Source of the DNA: Bacteroidales bacterium
Lineage (GTDB): Bacteria; Bacteroidota; Bacteroidia; Bacteroidales; VadinHA17
Reading direction: 5' to 3'
Length of the DNA stretch: 64,000 nucleotides
Assembly: GCA_049792755.1 (NCBI GenBank)
Contig: JBARBF010000042.1
Location: 14,999 to 78,998 of the forward strand
Part shown: piece after piece, positions 1 to 8,796 of the stretch
Layout of the letters: each line of letters begins with the position of its first letter
Position numbering within the stretch: the first letter of the stretch is position 1
Notes under the pieces: generated by a model
What the model was told of the DNA's origin: nothing
Seen by the model: only the letters and a program-made list of their open reading frames with translations
The model's database searches: none
Position numbers and translations under genes: made by a program

Positions 1-127
1 GGCCATCAAAAATTTGCCATCCGTTTAATCCCGGGTTTCCGGTCTGTAATACCCGGATAGACACTTTCTGAGCAATAACAGAGAATGAGATCAGATATAA
101 AAGTAAAATGAATAAAAACCTTTTCAT
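1..127 (-). CDS. 5' end of an exported protein of unknown function (partial, continues beyond the left edge)
   Basis: Reverse-strand ATG at 125-127 is followed by MKRFLFILLLYLISFSVIAQKV..., which looks like a signal peptide, and the frame stays open to position 1. It is too short to appear in the ORF track. Confidence 0.35.
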   Translation of the reverse strand, partial: MKRFLFILLLYLISFSVIAQKVSIRVLQTGNPGLNGWQIFDG

Positions 128-388
128 GAACAAATATAAACTATGTAAGAGATCAAATCTGAAATTTTCTCCATTATAAGCTATTCAATTCTGCAGAATT
201 ATTAAAAAATAATCATATCCTGTAAAACAGACAAGCAATGAATATGTTTTATTCCGGTTACCTGATACCGGTATCAATATTTATATTTAACAGAGTCTTA
301 TCCTGCGAATTAATTGAAACTTTTGCAGGCATGGTCCTTCCCAAAATATTCTGTGATTAATATAGTACTATCTGATAATCAATGCTAT

Positions 389-850
389 TTATTTTGCATC
401 TTTCAATGCTTCCTTCACCGATGCCCTGAAGATATTATACGACCAGGTAGCTCCTGATATTGCGTCAATTTTGTTAATGTCCTGTTTTACCGCCAGTTTT
501 TTCGGATAGGTTTGAACACCTTTCCAGTCATTCCTGCTTTGCTGAATATATTCAGCATTACCTTCAAAATGCTTTTCATATTCTGCATTGAAGGCTTCGT
601 GTAAGCTGGAATCTCTTATTATAAAATCAATATCGGTAAAAACACCGTTTTTAAGTGTAAATTGAACACTTCCCCAGAATGGTTCATAAATATACTTTGC
701 CCGTGACTTCCCCTTATATGTGCCATCTCTGTAAATGACAGATGTATCCTGAACTATATTTTCCTGAATTTTAGGCCTCTGAGAAAAGACTGATGTTGAT
801 AAGAATAAAGTTAAAAATATAACAGAAACGAAGGTAGCAAGTCTTTTCAT
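389..850 (-). CDS. secreted FMN-binding domain protein
   Basis: 153-aa ORF with an N-terminal signal peptide. The C-terminal DAISGATWSY motif is typical of FMN_bind domains. Confidence 0.7.
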   Translation of the reverse strand: MKRLATFVSVIFLTLFLSTSVFSQRPKIQENIVQDTSVIYRDGTYKGKSRAKYIYEPFWGSVQFTLKNGVFTDIDFIIRDSSLHEAFNAEYEKHFEGNAEYIQQSRNDWKGVQTYPKKLAVKQDINKIDAISGATWSYNIFRASVKEALKDAK

Positions 851-937
851 TTAATAAAATTTATATAACATATTTCGTCATGGTCAAAGCAATTATTCGG
901 CTTACTCGATGAATAAGACCGTTAATATTATCTGAGA

Positions 938-1063
938 CCCTTTGTGGACTTCTGCGATTCCTCCCTTGTGCTCTGTGTAACAAAAAATAAGGACTTACAC
1001 AACTTGTCCCGCTGAGGCGGGATAATCAAACAGAGAACCATTGAGATCCACAGAGGAAATCCC
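938..1063 (+). repeat. dispersed intergenic repeat, family 1 (CACAGAG-type heptamers plus two hairpins)
   Basis: Contains TGTGTAA-N14-TTACACA (974-1001) and CCCGC-TGAG-GCGGG (1008-1021). It aligns with the reverse complement of 32237-32339. Confidence 0.75.
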
Positions 1064-1129
1064 AAATTAAATATTAAAAAACCTGCATTTGATCCGGTTC
1101 TGTATGATTTAATCCCGAGATTATCAGGA

Positions 1130-2044
1130 TTAATAACCCCACTTCCTCATTATATCCAGGTCCGCTTTAGCGCAATACATAGGAGTTTTATCTCCATATG
1201 ATTCCTGTTCAATAATATAGCATCTGGTTCCTCCTTTGTTAGTTGCGAGCTCACAGACTTTTTGGGTATTTACGATACCTTCACCGAGGATTGTGCTTTC
1301 ATATTTTTCTGTCCCGGCTTTGGCAGGTATTTCATCTTTCACATGAACAATCTCAAATCTGCCGGGATATTGATTCATAACGTCAAGGGCGATTGCTCCC
1401 CCGTTATAAAGGTTACCCATGTCTAGCTGCAATGCAACAAGATCAGGATCGATACTCTTCATGATAATATCAAATATCTTTTCGCCATTCAGTTTTTGGC
1501 TGAACTCAAAATCGTGATTATGATACCCGAATTTCATCCCTGACTTTTTGCACAACTCTCCGCATTTATTAAAGACGTCCATGTATCCTTTAAAATCATC
1601 ATAGGTCTTTCTCATACTCTCGTCCATAAAAGGACTGATTACCCACTTTTGCCCAAGCGTCGCTGCATCTTCAACGGTTTTTTTCCAGCTGTTGCTGAAA
1701 TCTTTTTTTGTTGCATCCCAATGTTCTTTCCCCATGACTGTATGGCCGCTGATCATTTTCAGACCAAGTCCATCAAGCACTTTTCTGAATTCAGGAGCTA
1801 AAAACCCATAAAATTTCTTATTAATATAATTAGCATGTTCTACATAAACATAGCCCATTTTAGCAAGCTGTGCAAGGGATCCTTCAGGATCTTTCATCAT
1901 ATCATCGCGTACGGAATACAGTTGTATTCCAACCATTCCTTTTTGTTTATGCTTACCGGAAGCAAAAACCGACCTGGGGAGGATTGCTGCACCAAGAGCG
2001 ATCATGGCTCCTGATTTTAAGAATGTTCTTCTTGAAGATTTCAT
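1130..2044 (-). CDS. Tat-exported sugar phosphate isomerase/epimerase family protein (xylose-isomerase-like TIM barrel)
   Basis: 304-aa ORF with a twin-arginine signal (SRRTFLKSGAM). The body resembles the AP_endonuc_2 / xylose isomerase-like TIM-barrel family. Confidence 0.75.
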   Translation of the reverse strand: MKSSRRTFLKSGAMIALGAAILPRSVFASGKHKQKGMVGIQLYSVRDDMMKDPEGSLAQLAKMGYVYVEHANYINKKFYGFLAPEFRKVLDGLGLKMISGHTVMGKEHWDATKKDFSNSWKKTVEDAATLGQKWVISPFMDESMRKTYDDFKGYMDVFNKCGELCKKSGMKFGYHNHDFEFSQKLNGEKIFDIIMKSIDPDLVALQLDMGNLYNGGAIALDVMNQYPGRFEIVHVKDEIPAKAGTEKYESTILGEGIVNTQKVCELATNKGGTRCYIIEQESYGDKTPMYCAKADLDIMRKWGY

Positions 2045-2158
2045 ATAAATGAGTTTTTAGATTAAATTTAATCAATAGTTTCTTAATATTAATCGAAGGA
2101 TAAAGTTATAAAATCAGTCAGATCAAACAAATAAATTCCGACAATTGGATACCTGATA

Positions 2159-5044
2159 TTATTTATAAGAAATATTTTTCGCACCTCCAATTTTTGCATT
2201 TGATATTTTTGTTTTAAATAAAGAGAGAAGTTCTTCCGGATTAAGGGTTTGTGAAGGATTGAATTTATCAGATGACATGTATTTAAGAATTGAGCTATAT
2301 AGCTGTCTTCCTTCCGGTTTATTCTGAATCCTTTTCAGATCAGACATACATACCAGCAATTTCCCTTTTCCTACGGTGAATTCGAATATTAAGCCCAGTT
2401 TATGGTTCCTTTCAATATTATCGATAACCTGGACAAGAGGACGATAATCTTTTGGTGCATTATCCAGAATAAAAGGACGGCTGTTTTTGACAATAGGCCA
2501 CCATTGCCAGTTTGAATGAAATTCAGTTGGAAAATCACTGAATAATGGAAGTTTAGGATTGGTAAGGATTGACATAGTACCGGGCGATACTGGTTTATTA
2601 TTTGATTCTGATATACCTTTGAACATCCTGAAGTTCCAGTAATCGGGAGTAAACAAACCTCCAACTGAAAGATCCCTTGTTTCATTAAAATCAGGGAATA
2701 ATAATACCCTTGCACCATCAACAAGCTGTGACATTGTGATTTTATCCAGATTTTTTGTAACAAGAATGTTATCAGGTACCTTTGTATTTGTATAGGAGGG
2801 ATATACCCAGACAGGATAAGAGTTTTCATAAGGAGTGCCTTCGATAATGATTGAAAGAATAAGTTTCTCCGCTTTGGAAAACTTTAAAAGATCAATATTA
2901 ATTGAACCAACATTCGTTAATCCTCCCTGTACTATATTAACTGCTTCATCACCCTGGAAAACTGTTTCGCCTTTTCCGTTTTTAAGTTCCCATCTTACTG
3001 ATTGTGCTTCTAATGAGGTTTCTGAATAATTTGCTACCTGGATCTTTGCTCTGAATTGTTCATTGCTTGCCCAGCAGTATTTTTCCATAATAACTAAAGG
3101 AACAACCTTGTTGCAGAAATGACTGAATTCCTCAGGAGTTATAATTCCTTTGTTATCCATAAATGCATCGAGAAGGCCAACTAATGCAGTCCCCTGCCCA
3201 GGGAAATCCTGGAGGTCGAGAAGGTGAAAACCTCCAAAACCGGGAGTTCTCATTGCCATCTCAATATCAGCTTTATAACAAATCGCACTCAATGCTCCTG
3301 ATGCTTTGAAGAAATCTTTAGCCTGATCACTCAGATTATTCGTCTTTAGACGTTCCCTGAAGACTTCAAAATTCCATGGCTTCATAACGCCGGTATACTT
3401 TTTTATCTCAGCATAATCAGGATAAATCTGATACTGGCCAACTTCTGTTCCGACAGATGGAACCGAACATTTTGATATGGCACCTGAATAATTCCGATCA
3501 GTTGACGGATAGCGACCGTTAATATAACCACCATCGTTTGCATCGGCGAACGAGAAGGAGCCTCGTATATGTGTGCTGTATGTTGTATCCCTGTCAGCAC
3601 CAACCCGGCAAGCGGCATAATAATCCTCACCCTCAGCCTGGCCTCTGAAACCTAAATAATTATTTGATCCATAGGCCATTAGATGTCGATTGTCAATCGA
3701 TTTAAAATGATTCAGAACTTCTTTCATAATGTCAAAATCGCCAGAAAGTTCATTCCCGAGAGCAAACATTACAAATGATGCATGATTTCCATAAGTGTCA
3801 AGAATATGATCACCCTCTTTGAGAAGAAAGGTATTCAAATCAGAATTTCTGTTTTTGCTGAATCCGCCCCAGAAAGGCAGTTCCGGCTGAAGGTATATTC
3901 CTTCAATATCTGCCGCTTCAAATGCTGCGAGAGGTGGTGTCCATGAATGGAAGCGGTAAAAATTTATATTATACGATTTCGCAATTCTGAATACTTTTTG
4001 CCAGCCTTTAACATCCATTGGAGGATAACCTGTTAACGGGAAAACACAGGCATCATGCTTTCCGCGAAGAAATGTCTTTATTCCGTTTACTGTAAACTGA
4101 GTTCCCTGTGTGGAAAACTTACGCATTCCAAAATCAAGGGAGGTATTATCGAGAAGCCTGTTACTTTTCAGACTGACAGCCAGTTTGTATAAAGCCGGAT
4201 TAAACTCGCTCCAAAGGAGGGTTTTGCTACCCATGGTATAAGTAACTTCAATTATGTTTTCACCTTTCCTGAGTGAAACCGGATATGACTTTGGTGGGAC
4301 ACTGTGCTTGACATCTGTATTCCATGCATCAGCTTTCATGATCAGATTTGCCTTTCCGGCATAGCCTTCAGGATTAGAGATTTTCACCTTTACCGTGATT
4401 TTTTTCAGGACGATATCGGGATAGACCTGAACTGTTTCAATGTGAACCGGGTTATATGCCTCGAGACAGAATTTACCGAGAATCCCATTCCAGTTGCTTT
4501 GTGTATGCTCTGTCCAGGCATGTGAACCTGTCACACCTTCCGGTACAGAACTGTTATCATTATTTACCAGAATTGTAAGTAAGTGTTTCCCCGGAGAAAG
4601 ATGGCCTGTAAGATTATAGTACTGTGCTGTAAGTAAATCATTGCTGCTCCCTATGAAATAATTATCAACCCAAACCTGCGTTGGTTTGGTCCTCTCCATC
4701 ATTAACCTGATATAATTACCGTTCCAGGTATCAGGGATAACAATCTCCTTTTGATACCATGCCATACCGGCGTACATCATTTCACGCGAAAGCCTCATAG
4801 TTTCCAGTCTGTTGGTATTAGGAATCCCTTTTTTGTTTTCATCAAGTGTCCCCGGTAGTTTCACTGAATCGGAAAGATTCCTGCTATACCACTTTTCACG
4901 AATACCTTTCCTGGCTGTATCCAACGAAAACTTCCAGGAACCGTTAAGCAGTATTGTATTATGAATGGGGACAAATGATCCTCTGTTACAGGATGTTCCC
5001 ACAAGTACTAATGCTATTAAGAAGTATTTAAATCTATAAAACAT
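2159..5044 (-). CDS. glycoside hydrolase family 2 protein (beta-galactosidase/glucuronidase-like)
   Basis: 961-aa ORF with a signal peptide. GH2-like motifs are present: LWSEFNPALY, NFYRFHSWTPP, FALGNEL. Confidence 0.75.
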   Translation of the reverse strand: MFYRFKYFLIALVLVGTSCNRGSFVPIHNTILLNGSWKFSLDTARKGIREKWYSRNLSDSVKLPGTLDENKKGIPNTNRLETMRLSREMMYAGMAWYQKEIVIPDTWNGNYIRLMMERTKPTQVWVDNYFIGSSNDLLTAQYYNLTGHLSPGKHLLTILVNNDNSSVPEGVTGSHAWTEHTQSNWNGILGKFCLEAYNPVHIETVQVYPDIVLKKITVKVKISNPEGYAGKANLIMKADAWNTDVKHSVPPKSYPVSLRKGENIIEVTYTMGSKTLLWSEFNPALYKLAVSLKSNRLLDNTSLDFGMRKFSTQGTQFTVNGIKTFLRGKHDACVFPLTGYPPMDVKGWQKVFRIAKSYNINFYRFHSWTPPLAAFEAADIEGIYLQPELPFWGGFSKNRNSDLNTFLLKEGDHILDTYGNHASFVMFALGNELSGDFDIMKEVLNHFKSIDNRHLMAYGSNNYLGFRGQAEGEDYYAACRVGADRDTTYSTHIRGSFSFADANDGGYINGRYPSTDRNYSGAISKCSVPSVGTEVGQYQIYPDYAEIKKYTGVMKPWNFEVFRERLKTNNLSDQAKDFFKASGALSAICYKADIEMAMRTPGFGGFHLLDLQDFPGQGTALVGLLDAFMDNKGIITPEEFSHFCNKVVPLVIMEKYCWASNEQFRAKIQVANYSETSLEAQSVRWELKNGKGETVFQGDEAVNIVQGGLTNVGSINIDLLKFSKAEKLILSIIIEGTPYENSYPVWVYPSYTNTKVPDNILVTKNLDKITMSQLVDGARVLLFPDFNETRDLSVGGLFTPDYWNFRMFKGISESNNKPVSPGTMSILTNPKLPLFSDFPTEFHSNWQWWPIVKNSRPFILDNAPKDYRPLVQVIDNIERNHKLGLIFEFTVGKGKLLVCMSDLKRIQNKPEGRQLYSSILKYMSSDKFNPSQTLNPEELLSLFKTKISNAKIGGAKNISYK

Positions 5045-5111
5045 GAAAATAAGTTTTGATTATTATTAAACTGAAATGTTTTTCAATTGCCAAGCCGGAC
5101 CGGGCAATATT

Positions 5112-5873
5112 TCATTCATACATATTATCAATATCCGTACCCGATATCCCGATCATAAGATTACTAACCTTATTAATTATCTCTTTTAAACATTTTTCTC
5201 CTTTCTCCGGTGTTGCTTTATACGGATTCCCAATGCCGGTGTCATCTGTAACCTTCGACCATTTCCTTTCCGTCCATGCCCATTTTTCATTTAAAGCTTT
5301 TATCCTGAATTTTTTGCCAATCCCCTTCCCTGCTTCATTTAACGGCAGAACTAATTCAGGTGCAAGAAATTGCATAATACTTGTTTCCATTTCATCCGCA
5401 TGTCCCCCTCCATTTTCAAAAAAATCAGAATTTGTAAACGACTGATACCAATTACAACTACAGATAAACATCTTAGGATACCTGGGTCCCAGTTCCCTGA
5501 TCATTTGCTTAAAATCATTGCCTCCATGTCCGTTAAGAATCAAGAACTTATAAATTTCATGTCTGTTAAGAACATCCGTAACATCATTCAGGATTGAAAA
5601 TTGTGTACTGGGGTTCAGGTTAATATTTATCTTAATGTCAAGCTGACCTGTATTCACACCGAAAGGAATTGTTGGCAGAACAATTACCTCCGAGCCTTTT
5701 TCAAAGGCTATCCGGGCAGACTCTTCTGCAATTCTCTCAACCATAATATTATCAGTGGCAAATGGCAGATGGTAATTATGAGCTTCTGTAGCGCCCCATG
5801 GTAAAACAGCAAGGTTGATATGTTTGTCTTTGAGTGCCTTCCAGTTTGTCTCGGATAAAATAAATGGCTTCAT
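5112..5873 (-). CDS. creatininase family amidohydrolase
   Basis: 253-aa ORF carrying the LPWGATEAHNYHLPFATD and NGHGGN motifs of the creatininase family. Confidence 0.8.
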   Translation of the reverse strand: MKPFILSETNWKALKDKHINLAVLPWGATEAHNYHLPFATDNIMVERIAEESARIAFEKGSEVIVLPTIPFGVNTGQLDIKININLNPSTQFSILNDVTDVLNRHEIYKFLILNGHGGNDFKQMIRELGPRYPKMFICSCNWYQSFTNSDFFENGGGHADEMETSIMQFLAPELVLPLNEAGKGIGKKFRIKALNEKWAWTERKWSKVTDDTGIGNPYKATPEKGEKCLKEIINKVSNLMIGISGTDIDNMYE

Positions 5874-5955
5874 TCTTTTAAAATGTTTGATGGGATATTG
5901 TTTTTTACGGAATACGAAAATAGTAAATTCTACAGTATTATGGCAATAGTCAGTC

Positions 5956-7500
5956 TCAATGATGTGAAAAAAGAATCTTTAACCTGTTGTTCCAGAATTC
6001 ATTAAAACTGCTCTTTGGATTTTCACACAGATATACGGAAGTCCCATATTCCCTAGCATCAGGATTTGATATTTTGCCAACCAGAGTGATTTTATTAAAA
6101 AGTAATTGCACATCCTGTCCCAGTTCACTGTTAATATAGATAACCGATGTGATATCAGGGTTAAACTTCCTGGGAATCCAGTACCTGAAACTTTCATTGA
6201 AACTAACCGGTTCGGGGAGTTGATATTTTTTACCAATTATTGTAATTGCCCCTGCCTGACCATAATTTTCACAATATATAAAACTGGCTTTTTTATCGCC
6301 TATCATGCTGTATGCTCTATCAGCAACGGATGTCAACTCTTCCCATCCCAGCATGTCAGCATAATCCTGGGGCAATGAATGTATTGAGTTATCCTCAAAT
6401 CGCCTGGCGATTATTATTCCATATTTTGTTTCAAGAATATGGAAATATTTTACCAGTCCATCACTTTTGTAAACCGGCAGACCCACCGGAACTCCTGGTA
6501 TTGTAAGCACTACAAGCATAACAGGCAAAACAATTCTTGTCCATGCTCTTTTCAAACTATAATCGAATGAAACCGCTCCTGCAGCAATCAGGAACGGGAA
6601 GATTCCTATGGTATAATAGCTCTTACCTCGCAAGAGCATTAGAACAACAATTATAAAGATAACCAGTATTCCCAGGAAGCGGTACTTTATACCTTTCCTG
6701 TTTAATAGAATGAAAAACAGTCCGGCTATAATAAGAACCGATGCAAATGCACCCATCATCAGTTGTTCAGCAAGAAAGGTAACCCTATCGACGTTGACAA
6801 GTTGTGTGCGTTTCAGTTCTGCCAGGTGATTGACAACCGGGAGATTGTTTATTATTTGCCAAATGATATTAGGAGAGCATATTAATAGTCCGGCAGCTAT
6901 ACCTAACCAAAACATTTTCTTTGTAAAAACATTTCGATAACGGGTAAAGGGAACTATTACCAATAAACCGGCAAAAAACACTCCGATCAGGTATTTGTTA
7001 AGTATTGAAAAGCCTGCGGCAATTCCGAAATAGAGCAGATATTTTCCCTTTCCTGAATTTATATAACGAACGAGCAGAAACAATAAAAATGTCCAGAAAA
7101 AAATGTCCAGAAAAACTGGCATAAAAAGTGAAAATGATCTCAGGGCAAATCCGGCAATCAAAAACCCTATTCCTGATAAAACCCTTGCATAATGAGATCC
7201 TCCAAGGTCTTTTGCGATTGCTGCAACAAGCAAAATCATCACTCCGCTCATAAGTGCAGGTAAAATTCTGACAGCAAATAAACCATGCCCGACAGTATTC
7301 TGAAGGAGCCATGCCAGCCATCCGATCATAGGCGGAACAGTGGCGAATCCTAATGCCGGGTGTTCTCCCAGAGAAAAATAGAGAAGTTCATCTCTATGAT
7401 ATTCGAGGTTTCCGATAACCAGCAAATGAATAAAAACATTGAATATGGCGATAAAAATGACTGGCAGGTCAGCTGAAATCTTTTCTTTATATGATTTCAT
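5956..7500 (-). CDS. polytopic membrane glycosyltransferase, GT39/ArnT-like
   Basis: 514-aa ORF with more than 10 hydrophobic segments. The N-terminal half resembles PMT_2/ArnT-type glycosyltransferases. Confidence 0.65.
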   Translation of the reverse strand: MKSYKEKISADLPVIFIAIFNVFIHLLVIGNLEYHRDELLYFSLGEHPALGFATVPPMIGWLAWLLQNTVGHGLFAVRILPALMSGVMILLVAAIAKDLGGSHYARVLSGIGFLIAGFALRSFSLFMPVFLDIFFWTFLLFLLVRYINSGKGKYLLYFGIAAGFSILNKYLIGVFFAGLLVIVPFTRYRNVFTKKMFWLGIAAGLLICSPNIIWQIINNLPVVNHLAELKRTQLVNVDRVTFLAEQLMMGAFASVLIIAGLFFILLNRKGIKYRFLGILVIFIIVVLMLLRGKSYYTIGIFPFLIAAGAVSFDYSLKRAWTRIVLPVMLVVLTIPGVPVGLPVYKSDGLVKYFHILETKYGIIIARRFEDNSIHSLPQDYADMLGWEELTSVADRAYSMIGDKKASFIYCENYGQAGAITIIGKKYQLPEPVSFNESFRYWIPRKFNPDITSVIYINSELGQDVQLLFNKITLVGKISNPDAREYGTSVYLCENPKSSFNEFWNNRLKILFSHH

Positions 7501-7598
7501 TTCAAAAATGATCTATTGAAATAATTTGCTTTTCAATTTTGTGTTGTAAGGTATAAAATAAATATTATGAGTATCGTAAATTGCTAATAATTTATTGT

Positions 7599-7664
7599 GA
7601 GATTCCTCGCTGGCGCTAGGAATTCAGAACGAATCCGCCATCAGGCGGAGAAGTGAGGAATCTC
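7599..7664. repeat. GC-rich nested hairpin module
   Basis: A 10-bp outer stem (GAGATTCCTC at 7599-7608 with GAGGAATCTC at 7655-7664) encloses the CCGCC-ATCA-GGCGG hairpin (7635-7648). Confidence 0.7.
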
Positions 7665-7794
7665 CAATCAATAGAAACTGAATATTGGTATAAAAGAAAT
7701 AATTTTTATATTCACGATTCCCAATATTCAATTTAAATAAAATGAGTATCGGAAATGAATAATAAAAGCTGAGTATATTTTTCTATTTTGCATG

Positions 7795-7888
7795 TACTCA
7801 ACCCCCCGACCCCCTTCTCTTGCAGGCAAAAGAAGGGGGAGACACTTTTTAGCCCCTCTTTGCGAAGCAGAGAGGGGCTGGGGTGAGT
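7795..7888. repeat. three-way-junction-like C-run/G-run hairpin module with a GCGAAGC loop
   Basis: The outer stem is tactcaacccc/ggggtgagt. Hairpin a is CCCCCTTCT (7810-7818) with AGAAGGGGG (7831-7839). Hairpin b is AGCCCCTCT (7851-7859) with AGAGGGGCT (7871-7879), with GCGAAGC at 7862-7868. Confidence 0.7.
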
Positions 7889-8092
7889 TCATGAGTATAA
7901 ATAACTGATCTTCAAACATTTTATATTATTTTATTGCTCATTACCGAGAGTCATATTAAATAATATTATTTCAGAAAAAGTAAAAGGATATGATTGCAAT
8001 TATATCTGAATTAATCTCCGGATTTATTTTTTTGCAGAAGGGTGCGGGTCAAAACATAAAGTCAGGTCGATTTTAGCCTGTGAAACTATGGG

Positions 8093-8791
8093 TTATACTG
8101 TGGTTAAAAGAGAATGGAAATTAAAGAACACCATAAAGTTATTCAGTATAATTGCTTTAAGCTTATCAACTCCTAAGTTCAGATCGTTAGCCACTTTATC
8201 ATAAATCTTTCGGATATCCACTTCTGCTCCGTCAGTTTCCAGAAATATTTTATCGACCGGTAAACGTCTTAATAAGTCCCGTGACTCTGATCTGAGAATA
8301 AAATCGAACCAGAATGAAAGATACATACCTTTCGACAGCAACTGACCAGCCAGTTCAAAGTTTCCCCTGAATCCATGAACCAGCCAGGGCATTTTTGGTT
8401 TCAGTTTTTTTTGAACTGAAAGAAGCTCATCCCAGGCTCTGACACAATGAATAATAACAGGTTTCAGAGTTTCTTCCGAAATGGTTACCTGTTCTTCAAA
8501 GGCTTTGCGCTGAAGCTCAATGGCAGGTCCTCTCAGCCTGTCAAAACCAGCCTCCCCTATAGCTATAATATCAGAATGATTTGCTGAGTTCCTGACTGAG
8601 GTAACAAGTCGTTTATAATTATCTTCATTAAGGAACCAGGGGTGTATACCAAAAGTGTACGCGACTCCTGAAACTCCTGCAGGCAGTTTTTCTTCATGTG
8701 CCATCAGGCTTTCGAGGATAAAGATTCCGGTAGCCGGAGTATTTCCGTGAACATGTATATCAATATAGTCACCGCGGTGCGGTAGATGCAT
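8093..8791 (-). CDS. TatD family metal-dependent hydrolase
   Basis: 232-aa ORF with DIHVHG near the N-terminus and ETDG near the C-terminus, consistent with the TatD-like amidohydrolase pattern. Confidence 0.65.
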   Translation of the reverse strand: MHLPHRGDYIDIHVHGNTPATGIFILESLMAHEEKLPAGVSGVAYTFGIHPWFLNEDNYKRLVTSVRNSANHSDIIAIGEAGFDRLRGPAIELQRKAFEEQVTISEETLKPVIIHCVRAWDELLSVQKKLKPKMPWLVHGFRGNFELAGQLLSKGMYLSFWFDFILRSESRDLLRRLPVDKIFLETDGAEVDIRKIYDKVANDLNLGVDKLKAIILNNFMVFFNFHSLLTTV

Positions 8792-8796
8792 CTCTT

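Noticed and set aside
7728-7919. 63-aa minus-strand ORF in the GT39-TatD spacer
   Set aside because: It is encoded entirely by the C-run/G-run hairpin modules (PLSASQRGAKKCLPLLLPAREGGRGV). It is a repeat translation, not a gene.
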